56,872 nt of DNA from Deltaproteobacteria bacterium. GTDB lineage: Bacteria; Desulfobacterota; Syntrophia; Syntrophales; JAIPED01. Below the pieces are notes generated by a model, which did no database searches, was not told where the DNA came from, and worked only from the letters and a program-made list of their open reading frames with translations. This document shows positions 6,748-16,716 of this stretch, piece by piece. The stretch lies in NCBI GenBank assembly GCA_021737325.1, contig JAIPED010000003.1, forward strand, positions 1 to 56,872, given 5' to 3'. The translations under genes were made by a program, and so were the position numbers. Numbering within the stretch: position 1 is the stretch's first letter; every line of letters starts with the position of its first letter.

Positions 6748-9700
6748 ATGAATAAATTAATCACCGAATCAGCCATCGAAACCTTCGCCATCGAGCTATT
6801 TGAAAAGCTCGGCTATCAGTATATCTATGCCCCGGATATCGCGCCGGACAGCGAAATGCCGGAGCGCGAACGCTTTGAGGATGTGTTGCTGCTGGAGCGG
6901 TTGCGCTCGGCGGTGGCGCGTATCAACCCGTCCATTCCCGCCGATGTTCGTGAGGAGGCGATCAAACAGGTTCAGCGGCTGAACTCGCCGGAACTCATCG
7001 TCAACAACGAAGCCTTCCACCGCATGTTGACCGAGGGCGTCAAGGTCGTCTATCAGGACAGAGGGAATGAACGCGGCGATTTGGTATGGCTGATGGATTT
7101 TGCCAAGCCCGAGAATAACGAGTTCGTCGTGGCGAATCAGTTTACGGTGATTGGCCACCACACAAATCAGGGACACCAGAGCAATCGCCCGGATGTTGTC
7201 TTGTTCGTCAACGGCCTGCCACTGGTGGTGATTGAACTCAAGAACGCCGCCGATGAAAACGCCACGATCAAATCCGCCTACCAACAATTGCAGACCTACA
7301 AAGAGGTAATCCCCGCCTTATTTACCTACAACGGCATGTTGGTGATCTCCGATGGCCTGGAGGCCAAAGTGGGATCACTGTCAGCGGGCCTCTCCCGATT
7401 CATGGCGTGGAAAACAGCGGACGGCAAGCTGGAGGCATCACGGCTGATCAGCCAGTTGGAAACCTTGATCAAGGGCATGTTGAACAAGGCGACTCTGCTG
7501 GATTTGCTGCGCCATTTCATCGTGTTTGAAAAGTCGAAAAGAGAAGACCCGGCAACGGGGGTTATCAGCATCAGCATGTTGAAGAAGCTTGCGGCGTATC
7601 ACCAGTATTATGCGGTCAACGCGGCGGTGGCTTCCACCTTGCGGGCGGCACGAGAAGCGCCACGGATGGCGGCGGAAACGCCAGAGGGTTACGGCTTGGC
7701 GAGTGTGAAAAACCAGCCACCGGGGGATCGCAAGGCCGGTGTGGTGTGGCACACGCAGGGTAGCGGTAAATCGCTGTCAATGCTCTTTTACACCGGCAAG
7801 ATCGTGCTGGCGCTGGATAATCCTACGATTATCATAATCACCGACCGCAACGACCTGGATGATCAATTGTTCGATACTTTTGCCGCCTGTAACCAGTTGT
7901 TGCGGCAGGAGCCGATGCAAGTGGATGACCGCAAAGAGCTGAAGCGGCTATTAAGAGTAGCGTCCGGCGGGGTGATTTTCACCACCATTCAGAAATTTCA
8001 ACCGGAAGAAGGCAATATCTATGAGGAATTGACCGACCGCCGCAATGTGGTGGTGATCGCCGATGAGGCGCATCGCACCCAGTACGGCTTCAAGGCAAAA
8101 ACCGTGGACAAGAAAGATGCTCAAGGCAATATTACCGGCAAACGGGTAGTTTACGGTTTTGCTAAATATCTGCGCGATGCCCTGCCGAACGCAACCTACC
8201 TTGGTTTTACCGGCACGCCCATCGAAAAAACCGATGTCAACACCCCGGCGGTGTTCGGCAATTATGTGGATGTGTACGACATTGCCCAGGCGGTGGAAGA
8301 CGGCGCCACCAAGAAGATTTATTACGAAAGCCGCCTAGCCCGAGTTTCGCTCAGCGACGAGGGCAAGAAGCTTATTGCCGAATTGGACGAGGAACTGGAA
8401 CAGGGCGAGTTGACCGAGACCCAGAAGGCCAAGGCCAAATGGACAAAGATGGAGGCATTGGTCGGCGCAAAGCAGCGCATTCGAAATGTGGCGCAGGACA
8501 TCGTGGAACATTTTGAGAAACGCCAGGAAGTTTTTGCGGGCAAGGCCATGATTGTGGTCATGTCGCGGAGGATTGCGGCAGAGTTGTATGAACAGATCAT
8601 CAAACTGAAACCAGAATGGCATTCACTCGACCTGACCAAGGGCGTCATCAAGGTGGTAATAACGGCGGCCTCTGCAGATGGCCCGAAACTGGCAGGGCAT
8701 CACACCAGCAAAGAACAACGCAGGACGATTGCCGAGCGCATGAAAAACCCCGATAACGAGTTAAAGTTGGTTATCGTGCGCGACATGTGGCTCACTGGTT
8801 TTGATGCACCCTGTATGCATACGCTATACATTGACAAGCCCATGAAGGGCCACAACCTGATGCAGGCTATCGCAAGGGTGAATCGCGTTTACGGTGATAA
8901 GCCTGCGGGTTTGGTGGTGGACTATCTGGGCATTGCGGCTGACCTCAAGCAGGCCTTGTCGTTCTATGCTGATGCCGGTGGCAAGGGCGACCCCATGCTG
9001 GCCCAGGAGCAGGCCGTAAAAATGATGCAGGAAAAGATTGAGGTGGTGACCAGTATGTATCACGGCTTCCCTTACGAGGATTACTTCGATGCCGACACTT
9101 CCGGAAAACTCGCCATGATCCTGGCGGCTGAGGAACATATCCTCGGCTTGGAGGATGGCAAGAAACGCTATATCGACCAAGTTACCGCCTTGTCGCAGGC
9201 ATTCGCCATTGCCATTCCCCACGAGCAGGCCATGGATGTGAAGGATGAAATCGCCTTCTTCCAGGCGGTGAAGGCGCGGCTGGCGAAGTTCGACAGCACG
9301 GGCACGGGGAGAAGCAATGAGGAAATCGAATCAACCATTCGGCAGGTAATCGACAAAGCGCTGGTCTCAGAGCAGGTCATTGATGTGTTCGACGCTGCCG
9401 GAATCAAGAAGCCCGATATTTCGATTCTTTCCGAAGAGTTTTTGCTGGAGCTGAAGAACAAGGAGCATAAAAACATCTCGCTCGAAGTGCTCAAAAAGTT
9501 GCTCAACGACGAAATCAAAGCGCGGGCCAAGAAGAATCTGGTACAAAGCAGAACTTTAATGGAAATGTTGCAAAGTGCCATCAAACGGTATCACGCCAAG
9601 GTACTCACAGCAGCAGAGGTGATGGATGAGCTGATCAACATCAGTAAGGAAATCGTTAAGTCCGACAAGCAAGCCAAAGAGATGGGCATGAGCGACTATG

Positions 9701-9987
9701 AGTACGCCTTCTATACCGCCGTGGCCAGCAACGATAGCGCCAGAGAACTAATGCAACAAGACAAGTTGCGCGAGCTTGCCGTTGTGCTTTTTGAGAGAGT
9801 AAAAGCCAATGCCTCCATTGATTGGACAATCAAGGAAAGCGTAAAGGCAAAACTCAAAGTCATTGTAAAAAGAACCTTGAGAGAATTTGGCTATCCGCCT
9901 GATATGCAGAAGCTGGCAACCGAGACGGTGCTTAAGCAGGCGGAGATGCTGGCGAATGAGTTAACCAGAAACACAACCACGGGATGA
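6748..9987 (+). CDS. hsdR: Type I restriction endonuclease subunit R
   Basis: RPDVVLFVNGLPLVVIELKN (PD-ExK), WHTQGSGKS, DEAHRTQY, FTGTP, MWLTGFDAP, QAIARVNR. Full length, 1079 aa. Confidence 0.97.
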   Translation: MNKLITESAIETFAIELFEKLGYQYIYAPDIAPDSEMPERERFEDVLLLERLRSAVARINPSIPADVREEAIKQVQRLNSPELIVNNEAFHRMLTEGVKVVYQDRGNERGDLVWLMDFAKPENNEFVVANQFTVIGHHTNQGHQSNRPDVVLFVNGLPLVVIELKNAADENATIKSAYQQLQTYKEVIPALFTYNGMLVISDGLEAKVGSLSAGLSRFMAWKTADGKLEASRLISQLETLIKGMLNKATLLDLLRHFIVFEKSKREDPATGVISISMLKKLAAYHQYYAVNAAVASTLRAAREAPRMAAETPEGYGLASVKNQPPGDRKAGVVWHTQGSGKSLSMLFYTGKIVLALDNPTIIIITDRNDLDDQLFDTFAACNQLLRQEPMQVDDRKELKRLLRVASGGVIFTTIQKFQPEEGNIYEELTDRRNVVVIADEAHRTQYGFKAKTVDKKDAQGNITGKRVVYGFAKYLRDALPNATYLGFTGTPIEKTDVNTPAVFGNYVDVYDIAQAVEDGATKKIYYESRLARVSLSDEGKKLIAELDEELEQGELTETQKAKAKWTKMEALVGAKQRIRNVAQDIVEHFEKRQEVFAGKAMIVVMSRRIAAELYEQIIKLKPEWHSLDLTKGVIKVVITAASADGPKLAGHHTSKEQRRTIAERMKNPDNELKLVIVRDMWLTGFDAPCMHTLYIDKPMKGHNLMQAIARVNRVYGDKPAGLVVDYLGIAADLKQALSFYADAGGKGDPMLAQEQAVKMMQEKIEVVTSMYHGFPYEDYFDADTSGKLAMILAAEEHILGLEDGKKRYIDQVTALSQAFAIAIPHEQAMDVKDEIAFFQAVKARLAKFDSTGTGRSNEEIESTIRQVIDKALVSEQVIDVFDAAGIKKPDISILSEEFLLELKNKEHKNISLEVLKKLLNDEIKARAKKNLVQSRTLMEMLQSAIKRYHAKVLTAAEVMDELINISKEIVKSDKQAKEMGMSDYEYAFYTAVASNDSARELMQQDKLRELAVVLFERVKANASIDWTIKESVKAKLKVIVKRTLREFGYPPDMQKLATETVLKQAEMLANELTRNTTTG

Positions 9988-10063
9988 TAAATGAGCTGTT
10001 CCCCCCACATATGGCGCGGTTGATGCGTGGCAAACGAGTTAGCAACAAGAAAGGATTGAAGCT

Positions 10064-10372
10064 ATGTATAAACCACTGGCAAACGATTGGATTGAAGAAA
10101 TGGTGGCAGGAGGAAAGCTTGAAGCCATGTCCACCCAAAAAAGGGAGCAGCTGGCGGAAGAGTATGCCATGATTATTGAAGAAACAATCGCCGCCGAGGC
10201 GCAAAAAACCCTCGCGACGATGGGCAAGGCTGACGAGTACGAGCGGATGAAGCTTTTTGACGGGCAGTATCTTAACAAATATCTAAACCAAACGATCCCT
10301 GCCTTTTTCTCTTTCAAGATGGAGGCGATCGCTTTGGCAAAAGAGATTATTCTTGCAAAGGGAAAGTCATGA
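10064..10372 (+). CDS. Small helical hypothetical protein
   Basis: 102-aa ORF with an RBS-like AAAGGA upstream and an ATGA overlap with the next gene. No family recognised with confidence. Confidence 0.65.
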   Translation: MYKPLANDWIEEMVAGGKLEAMSTQKREQLAEEYAMIIEETIAAEAQKTLATMGKADEYERMKLFDGQYLNKYLNQTIPAFFSFKMEAIALAKEIILAKGKS

Positions 10373-11712
10373 AATTTTTGGCACATAGCCACCCCGATGA
10401 ACCCCTCCAACTGGTTGGCGAACCGCAGGTGGCGGTGGGAATTAGCGAAAAAGCAAGGGCCGTTACGGGAAGGCTACAAGGAACCTTTGTCGTCGCTGGA
10501 AAGACCATCAGCGGTGATTTTAGCGCGGAGATTATTGAGGGGGGAAATGTCCTTTTGCGCAATCCGCGGATAACTATTCGTGCGCCGCGGATCGAATTGG
10601 AAAATCATCAAGGAGGGATTTTTGCGCTTGATGATGTCATTATTGGCAAGGATTTTCATTGGGAGCGGCGAGAAAAACAGGAATTTCGTGGTTCATTGGT
10701 GCTTCAGGCAACGACGGAAGGAATCAGCGTTATCAACGAGATCGGTTTGGAGGAATACCTTAGCGTGGTGATTGCTTCTGAGATGAGCGCCGCGGCGCCG
10801 GTGGAGTTTCTGAAGGCCCAAGCGATTGTCGCAAGAAGTTGGTCTCTTGCTCGCCTGCTTAGCGAGGAAAAGGACGAATATCGGCAGGAAATCCCCCCTA
10901 CAGAGGTTGTTTGCTGGTATGGTCGGGGAAGGCATAACGATTTTGATTTCTGTGCCGATGATCACTGCCAACGCTACCATGGCATTACTCGGGAAACGGC
11001 AACACACAACCTTGCCGCAACCAGACAAACCCGTGGATTATTTTTGGTTAGCGGCACTCAGGTATGTGATGCCCGCTATCACAAGGCATGCGGCGGTCTT
11101 ACGGAACATTTCTCTGTGGCTTGGGAGGATAATGGTGCGCCTTATCTGGTGCCCATTGTCGATTCTCTTGCAAAACAACCCTTTATCACCACTGAAGAAT
11201 CCGCCCACGCTTGGTTATGCAACTCCCCCAACGCGTATTGCCGTGTTTATGATGAAAAATTGCTGGCAACGATTCTCCCTTCGTTTGATAGGGAAACCGC
11301 CGATTTTTTCCGCTGGCAGGTAACATATCGGCGCGAAGAGTTAGAAGCAATCATCCAGGAGAAGGCAAAGAGGCATCTGGGAGAGCTGAAAGAAATTATC
11401 GCGCTCCAGCGGGGAGCTTCAGGAAGGATCTATCGCCTTCGTCTGGTTGGCTCACGGGAGGAAATGACTATCGGGAAGGAACTGGAAATCCGTCGAGTGC
11501 TTGCAATAAATCACCTCTACAGTAGCGCGTTCGTCGTGGAAAAACGGGGTGGAGGAGTCTTTCCTGACGAAATTGTCCTTCACGGTGGCGGTTGGGGGCA
11601 CGGTGTTGGGCCCTGTCAAATTGGTGCCGCCAACATGGCTCTCCAAGGATTTAGCTGTGAGCAGATACTCGGGCACTATTTCCCGCAGACGAATTTGGAG
11701 CAACTTTATTGA
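10369..11712 (+). CDS. SpoIID/LytB domain protein
   Basis: LEEYLSVVIASEM, LKAQAIVARS, CADDHCQRYHG, YHKACGG, GGGWGHGVGPCQIGA, ILGHYFP. Confidence 0.92.
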   Translation: MKFLAHSHPDEPLQLVGEPQVAVGISEKARAVTGRLQGTFVVAGKTISGDFSAEIIEGGNVLLRNPRITIRAPRIELENHQGGIFALDDVIIGKDFHWERREKQEFRGSLVLQATTEGISVINEIGLEEYLSVVIASEMSAAAPVEFLKAQAIVARSWSLARLLSEEKDEYRQEIPPTEVVCWYGRGRHNDFDFCADDHCQRYHGITRETATHNLAATRQTRGLFLVSGTQVCDARYHKACGGLTEHFSVAWEDNGAPYLVPIVDSLAKQPFITTEESAHAWLCNSPNAYCRVYDEKLLATILPSFDRETADFFRWQVTYRREELEAIIQEKAKRHLGELKEIIALQRGASGRIYRLRLVGSREEMTIGKELEIRRVLAINHLYSSAFVVEKRGGGVFPDEIVLHGGGWGHGVGPCQIGAANMALQGFSCEQILGHYFPQTNLEQLY

Positions 11713-11823
11713 TTGATGAAAGGCACCTTGCCTGTGGCTTCAAGTTGCCACTGAGAGCTACACCAGGGCGAATTGAACAACTTCAGGAATGCCGAAAACC
11801 AAGAACTGATTCTCAAGAAAGAA

Positions 11824-11850
11824 GGAGGAGGAGGAGGAGGAGGAGGAGGA
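11824..11850 (+). repeat. (GGA)9 trinucleotide microsatellite
   Basis: Nine perfect GGA units, ending 6 nt before ATG 11857. Confidence 0.95.
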
Positions 11851-11856
11851 ACGGAA

Positions 11857-12177
11857 ATGCCTGCTTTAGACGATGCGATTGATGAAATTTTAGCGACATA
11901 CTTTTACTATGTTGCGGGAATTGCGGAATGGGAAGTTATTCGCCAGCAGGGCTTAGTTGCCGACGACGGGGGCATGATCGCCGCGATAAGCGGCTATGAT
12001 GCTGATTTATTTGCAGAAGTAGCAAAGAGCAAGGGACTTTCCGAATATATCGTTTTGCGATTTAACCCCACCACCTGGGGCGTTTCTCCCACTCCCCACG
12101 AAGGACCCAAGCGCTGTCAGCTTCGGTGCCCAATTATTGGCCCTTGCCTAATTGAGCGGGTCCCATTCTCCCCTTAG
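11857..12177 (+). CDS. Hypothetical protein or gene remnant
   Basis: Open frame after the GGA run. The first ~75 codons look protein-like; no family recognised. Confidence 0.35.
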   Translation: MPALDDAIDEILATYFYYVAGIAEWEVIRQQGLVADDGGMIAAISGYDADLFAEVAKSKGLSEYIVLRFNPTTWGVSPTPHEGPKRCQLRCPIIGPCLIERVPFSP

Positions 12178-12257
12178 GGCATCAAACCTTTACATCACCC
12201 CACCCTTTTGTTAGGTGTCCACCGATTTTCTGATGGGATTTGGTGTCGTTCCGACAA

Positions 12258-15200
12258 ATGCGGCTAAAAAAATTGGAAATTTCTGGCTTTAAATCCTTCC
12301 GTGACAAGGTTGTTTTTGATTTACCCGAGGGAATCAGTGCGTTCGTGGGGCCTAACGGTTCGGGAAAGAGCAATGTTGTTGACGCCATTCGCTGGGCAAT
12401 GGGCGAACAGCGCGTAAAATCGCTTCGCGGCAAAAAGATGGAAGATGTTATCTTTAACGGTTCCGAGGCAGTTGCGGGCGCGGGCATGGCGGAAGTTACC
12501 CTCACTTTAAGCAACGAAAATGGCGTTTTTCCCGCACCCTATGCGGAAATGGCGGAAGTTTCCCTTACCCGTAGGCTCTTTCGGGATTGCGACAGCGATT
12601 ACTACATTAACAATGCTCCTTGCCGTTTGTTAGATATCCGTGAATTTTTCATGGGTACGGGGATGGGGGGTAGAAGCTACGCCATCATTGAACAGAATAG
12701 TGTTACGGGCATAATAGAAGCAAAACCTGAAGAAATTCGCTATTTTATCGAAGAGGCGGCAGGAATTTCCAAGTACCGCTCACGCAAGGAAGCGGCTTTA
12801 AGAAAATTAGAAGCGGCACAGGCAAATGTTACCCGCGTTCACGATGTTTTGCGCGAATTGAAGAACCAGCTTAACACCCTTTCACGGCAAACAAAAAAGG
12901 CGCAGGCTTTTAGGGATGCCCGAGATGAGTTAAAAAACGCTCAACTCCTCTTGGGATTACAGAGATGCTGGGATTTGGCGGCCAAGAAAAAAGAAATTTT
13001 AGAAAAATCTTCCAAACTTGCCAGCGATATTGAGCAGCTATCCGCCACTCAAGAATCTCTGGAAGCGGAGAGCGGCGCACTTAAACTTACGATCTTGGAA
13101 GAAGGCGAACGGCTCGCCAGTGCACAAGAAAATATCTATGCAATTAAAAACGAAATGAGCGCGAAAGAACACCGCATCACATTTAATAAACAGCAGGTAG
13201 CGGAGTTGCTCCTGCGTCGAGAGACGGCGATGCGGGAGATTGCCATCTTAACAGAGAAGGTCGCGACGACGAAAGAGACGATCGGCGCCAATGCCCGCCA
13301 GATGCGGGAATTAAGCGAAGAACTCGCCAAGTTGCTAATAGAAATTGCCGCCGCCGAAAAGTTGGTTGCCCAGCTCAAGGAACGGGAAGCAGAACTTTAC
13401 AGAACGATAGAGCGGATTAAAGCCGATTATGTGGAGGCTGTTACCGCCAAGACAAACCATCGCAATATGCTACTTAACATTGCCAAGGTCTGCGAAGATT
13501 TGGAAAAGCGCCAAAAACGGGGGGCAGGAGATTTAGAACAGATGCGGGTAAATTGGCAAAACGCCGTTTCCGCTCAAAAAAGCTCGCTTCTTGGCGTTGA
13601 GGAACTATCCATCAAAAAAGCTACCAGCGAAGAACAGTTGCGAGAAATCGTGCGCCGTAAAGTGCAATTAAAGGAAGAAATTGCCTTCACGGAGGAGGAT
13701 CTGGAGGAAGCGAAAGCACGGTTGACACAAAAGACCTCACGCTACGAATCTTTGCAGGAATTTCAACGCGGATATTCTTGGTGTTCGGAAGGAGCGCAGG
13801 CCTTGCTATCGGAGAAGGGCAATACCATTCCTGCAGATCTCCGACAGGGTATTGTTGGCACTATTTCCGACCATATTGATGTCGCTCCAGGTTTTGAGAC
13901 GGCAATAGAAGCGCTTCTAGGGGAAAAGATGGGAGCCGTTATCGTTTCCTCATGGGAAAATGGCCTCCGCTCCATAGATTACATCAAATTTTCTGCCTTA
14001 GAGCGCTCCAGCGTTATTGCCCTACAGGCCCAAGGAAGAGTTGCCCTCCCGGATATCCCTGGAATGAAAAAAGCCATGGATGTTGTGCGTACCAATAGCT
14101 CCTCGCAGGAGTTGGTAGAATGGTTATTGCGAGATTCCTACATCGTCCCGAACCTGGCCGAAGGGGTGCTCCTGTGGCAAAAAAATGGCGGCGGGAATTT
14201 TGCAACGCCTGAGGGAGATTTGGTCGTCAGTAGCGGGGTTATCAGTGGCGGAGCACGGCCGCAAGCAAGCCTGTTTAAGAATAAGCGGGAACTTTTTGAG
14301 CTAGCGCAGGAAAAGGAAGAGCTGGTAAAAAATATTGCCCTTGCGGAAGAAAATAAGAAACGCAACGGGGCACTTTTAGAAGCGTTGGAGGAAGAAGAGG
14401 CGCTCACCCGACAATCCGCGCATCGTTTAGCGACAGAGGTGGAAATAGCGATAAGGGAAGCGCAACACCGCGAAAAAGAAGCGAAGATCTTGCAACAACG
14501 AATTGATGTACTGCTCTTTGAAAAGCAAAACATTCAAGAAGAGCTTGTTCAGGCCCAAGCAGGTATTGCCAGCGAACAACAGGGAGAAAAAGAAAGTGCA
14601 CACAAAGAAGATATCCTGAAAAACGAGCTGGCAGCTCTGCAAGAAAAATGGGCGAGGGCAAAGGAAGAGCTTGCCCAGGCTCAAGAAATTCTTACCACCA
14701 AGAAGGTTTCCATCGCTCGATTACAGACGGACATCCGCGCACGAGAGGATGCGGTGCGGATGCAACAAGCGAGCCTTGCCGAAAGCGAAAATACCATAGC
14801 CCAGCGAACCACAACGATTAATGCTGCTGCTATACAAGCAGAAAGCTTGACACAGGAGGAAGAAACGGAACGAGCCTGCATTGGGGAATTAGCGGCACGC
14901 TACACCGCCATGGAAGAAGAGTATCTCTTGCTGAAGCAGGAAAACGCCGCGAAGGAACAACAGCGAATAAAAGCCGAAGAAGCACTACGCGAATTAAACA
15001 GGAAAAAAGAAGCGGAGCAACAGCGAAAGGCGGAGTTGCAGACGGAGTATGCCAACGCTACCTATCAGCAGGAAAGCCTGATAGAATCCTTGGCGGAAAA
15101 GGGCTATGAAAACCTGACGGAGAGCTTGGCAAACTTCCAAGGCTTGTTGCCGCAGGAGATTGACGCGCTTAGCGAAACTGCGGAAAAACGGAAACGCGAA

Positions 15201-15806
15201 ATTGATGGCTTTGGGGAAGTAAACCTTTTGGCGATTAGTGAGTATGAACAGGCAGAGGAAAGGCACAACGCGCTGGCGGCACAGGAAGCGGATATCAACG
15301 ACGCGATTCAGACGCTTCAGCGTACCATCACCCGCATCAATAACATTTCCCGCAGGCGATTCGCCGAAACCTTTGCCGAAATAAATGTCCATTTCCAGAA
15401 AATTTTCCCCCGACTGTTCCTCGGCGGCAGGGGCAAATTGAGCCTTACCAACACCGAGGATTTGCTGGAGACGGGCGTTGATGTGGAAATTCAGGTGCCT
15501 AATAAAAAGATGCAATCGCTATCTTTGCTTTCTGGTGGGGAAAAATCGCTATCCGCCATTGCGCTCATTCTCTCCCTGGTTTTTTATAAGCCGTCATCGT
15601 TCTTAATCATGGACGAGGTTGATGCCGCGTTGGATGATGCGAATGTGATGTTGTTTAACAATATTCTCAAAGATGTTTCCGCTCTTTCCCAGGTACTGCT
15701 CGTTACCCATAACCGTAGCTCTATGGAATTTGCCCACAGCCTCTACGGAATTTCCATGCGTCACGATGGTACTTCAACAAGTCTTTCGGTAAGTCTTAAC
15801 AGTTAA
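12258..15806 (+). CDS. smc: Chromosome segregation protein SMC
   Basis: GFKSF, GPNGSGKSN, coiled coils around a hinge, LSGGEK, MDEVDAALD. Confidence 0.97.
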   Translation: MRLKKLEISGFKSFRDKVVFDLPEGISAFVGPNGSGKSNVVDAIRWAMGEQRVKSLRGKKMEDVIFNGSEAVAGAGMAEVTLTLSNENGVFPAPYAEMAEVSLTRRLFRDCDSDYYINNAPCRLLDIREFFMGTGMGGRSYAIIEQNSVTGIIEAKPEEIRYFIEEAAGISKYRSRKEAALRKLEAAQANVTRVHDVLRELKNQLNTLSRQTKKAQAFRDARDELKNAQLLLGLQRCWDLAAKKKEILEKSSKLASDIEQLSATQESLEAESGALKLTILEEGERLASAQENIYAIKNEMSAKEHRITFNKQQVAELLLRRETAMREIAILTEKVATTKETIGANARQMRELSEELAKLLIEIAAAEKLVAQLKEREAELYRTIERIKADYVEAVTAKTNHRNMLLNIAKVCEDLEKRQKRGAGDLEQMRVNWQNAVSAQKSSLLGVEELSIKKATSEEQLREIVRRKVQLKEEIAFTEEDLEEAKARLTQKTSRYESLQEFQRGYSWCSEGAQALLSEKGNTIPADLRQGIVGTISDHIDVAPGFETAIEALLGEKMGAVIVSSWENGLRSIDYIKFSALERSSVIALQAQGRVALPDIPGMKKAMDVVRTNSSSQELVEWLLRDSYIVPNLAEGVLLWQKNGGGNFATPEGDLVVSSGVISGGARPQASLFKNKRELFELAQEKEELVKNIALAEENKKRNGALLEALEEEEALTRQSAHRLATEVEIAIREAQHREKEAKILQQRIDVLLFEKQNIQEELVQAQAGIASEQQGEKESAHKEDILKNELAALQEKWARAKEELAQAQEILTTKKVSIARLQTDIRAREDAVRMQQASLAESENTIAQRTTTINAAAIQAESLTQEEETERACIGELAARYTAMEEEYLLLKQENAAKEQQRIKAEEALRELNRKKEAEQQRKAELQTEYANATYQQESLIESLAEKGYENLTESLANFQGLLPQEIDALSETAEKRKREIDGFGEVNLLAISEYEQAEERHNALAAQEADINDAIQTLQRTITRINNISRRRFAETFAEINVHFQKIFPRLFLGGRGKLSLTNTEDLLETGVDVEIQVPNKKMQSLSLLSGGEKSLSAIALILSLVFYKPSSFLIMDEVDAALDDANVMLFNNILKDVSALSQVLLVTHNRSSMEFAHSLYGISMRHDGTSTSLSVSLNS

Positions 15807-15813
15807 GGAGGTA

Positions 15814-16695
15814 ATGCGGATGGGAATGTTGAGCGCCCTAAAAAGAGGGCTTGCCAAAACAAAGACCGTCTTTAGTGCGAGTATTGAAGCTATTCAGGGG
15901 CAAACCGCTGGGGAGGATTGGGAATCCTTGCTCATCGCTACCGATATGGGTGCCGCATTTGCCGCTCGGGTGACCAAGCAAATAAAAGCTCAGGGGGGTA
16001 CGGATAAAAAACGGGGAAAGGAAATATTGCGAGAGATTCTAATCGCGACGCTACTGCCGAGGCAGAGCGATTTTTTCAAGGACGCAAAGATGCCGCTGGT
16101 GGTCATGGTTATCGGGGTAAATGGTACGGGAAAAACAACAACCATCGGAAAGATAGGCGGAATGCTCAAAAATGAAGGTTATAGGGTGATGCTTTGTGCG
16201 GGTGATACCTTTCGTTCCGCCGCCAAGGAACAGCTTGCCATCTGGGGCGAACGCAATGACATTCCTGTTGTATCCAAGGTGGCAGGTGCGGATCCCGCTG
16301 CGGTTGTATTTGAGGCGCTGGCAAAGGCGCGTGCAGAAAAGACCGATATTCTCTTAGTTGATACCGCTGGTCGCTTGCACACCAAGTTCAACCTCATGGA
16401 AGAGTTAAAAAAAATAAAAAGGGTAATCGCCAAGGATACGCAGCAGATGAAGACCCTATTGGTTTTGGATGCAACAACGGGGCAAAACGCGGTAGGGCAA
16501 GCAGAAGCCTTTAATGACGCCGTGGGTGTTGATGGCATTGTGCTCACCAAGCTTGACGGCTCCGCCAAGGGTGGCATTATCGTGCGTATTGCCGCAGAGC
16601 TTAGCATTCCTATTGCTTATATCGGAGTTGGCGAGGGTGTTGACGACCTGCGTAGCTTTGATGCCAGAACCTTTGTTGACGCGCTGTTAGATTAG
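15814..16695 (+). CDS. ftsY: SRP receptor FtsY
   Basis: GVNGTGKTTT, DTFRSAA, DTAGRLH, TKLDGSAKGG. Confidence 0.97.
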   Translation: MRMGMLSALKRGLAKTKTVFSASIEAIQGQTAGEDWESLLIATDMGAAFAARVTKQIKAQGGTDKKRGKEILREILIATLLPRQSDFFKDAKMPLVVMVIGVNGTGKTTTIGKIGGMLKNEGYRVMLCAGDTFRSAAKEQLAIWGERNDIPVVSKVAGADPAAVVFEALAKARAEKTDILLVDTAGRLHTKFNLMEELKKIKRVIAKDTQQMKTLLVLDATTGQNAVGQAEAFNDAVGVDGIVLTKLDGSAKGGIIVRIAAELSIPIAYIGVGEGVDDLRSFDARTFVDALLD

Positions 16696-16716
16696 CGGGA
16701 AAAGGGGGATAGGGGC

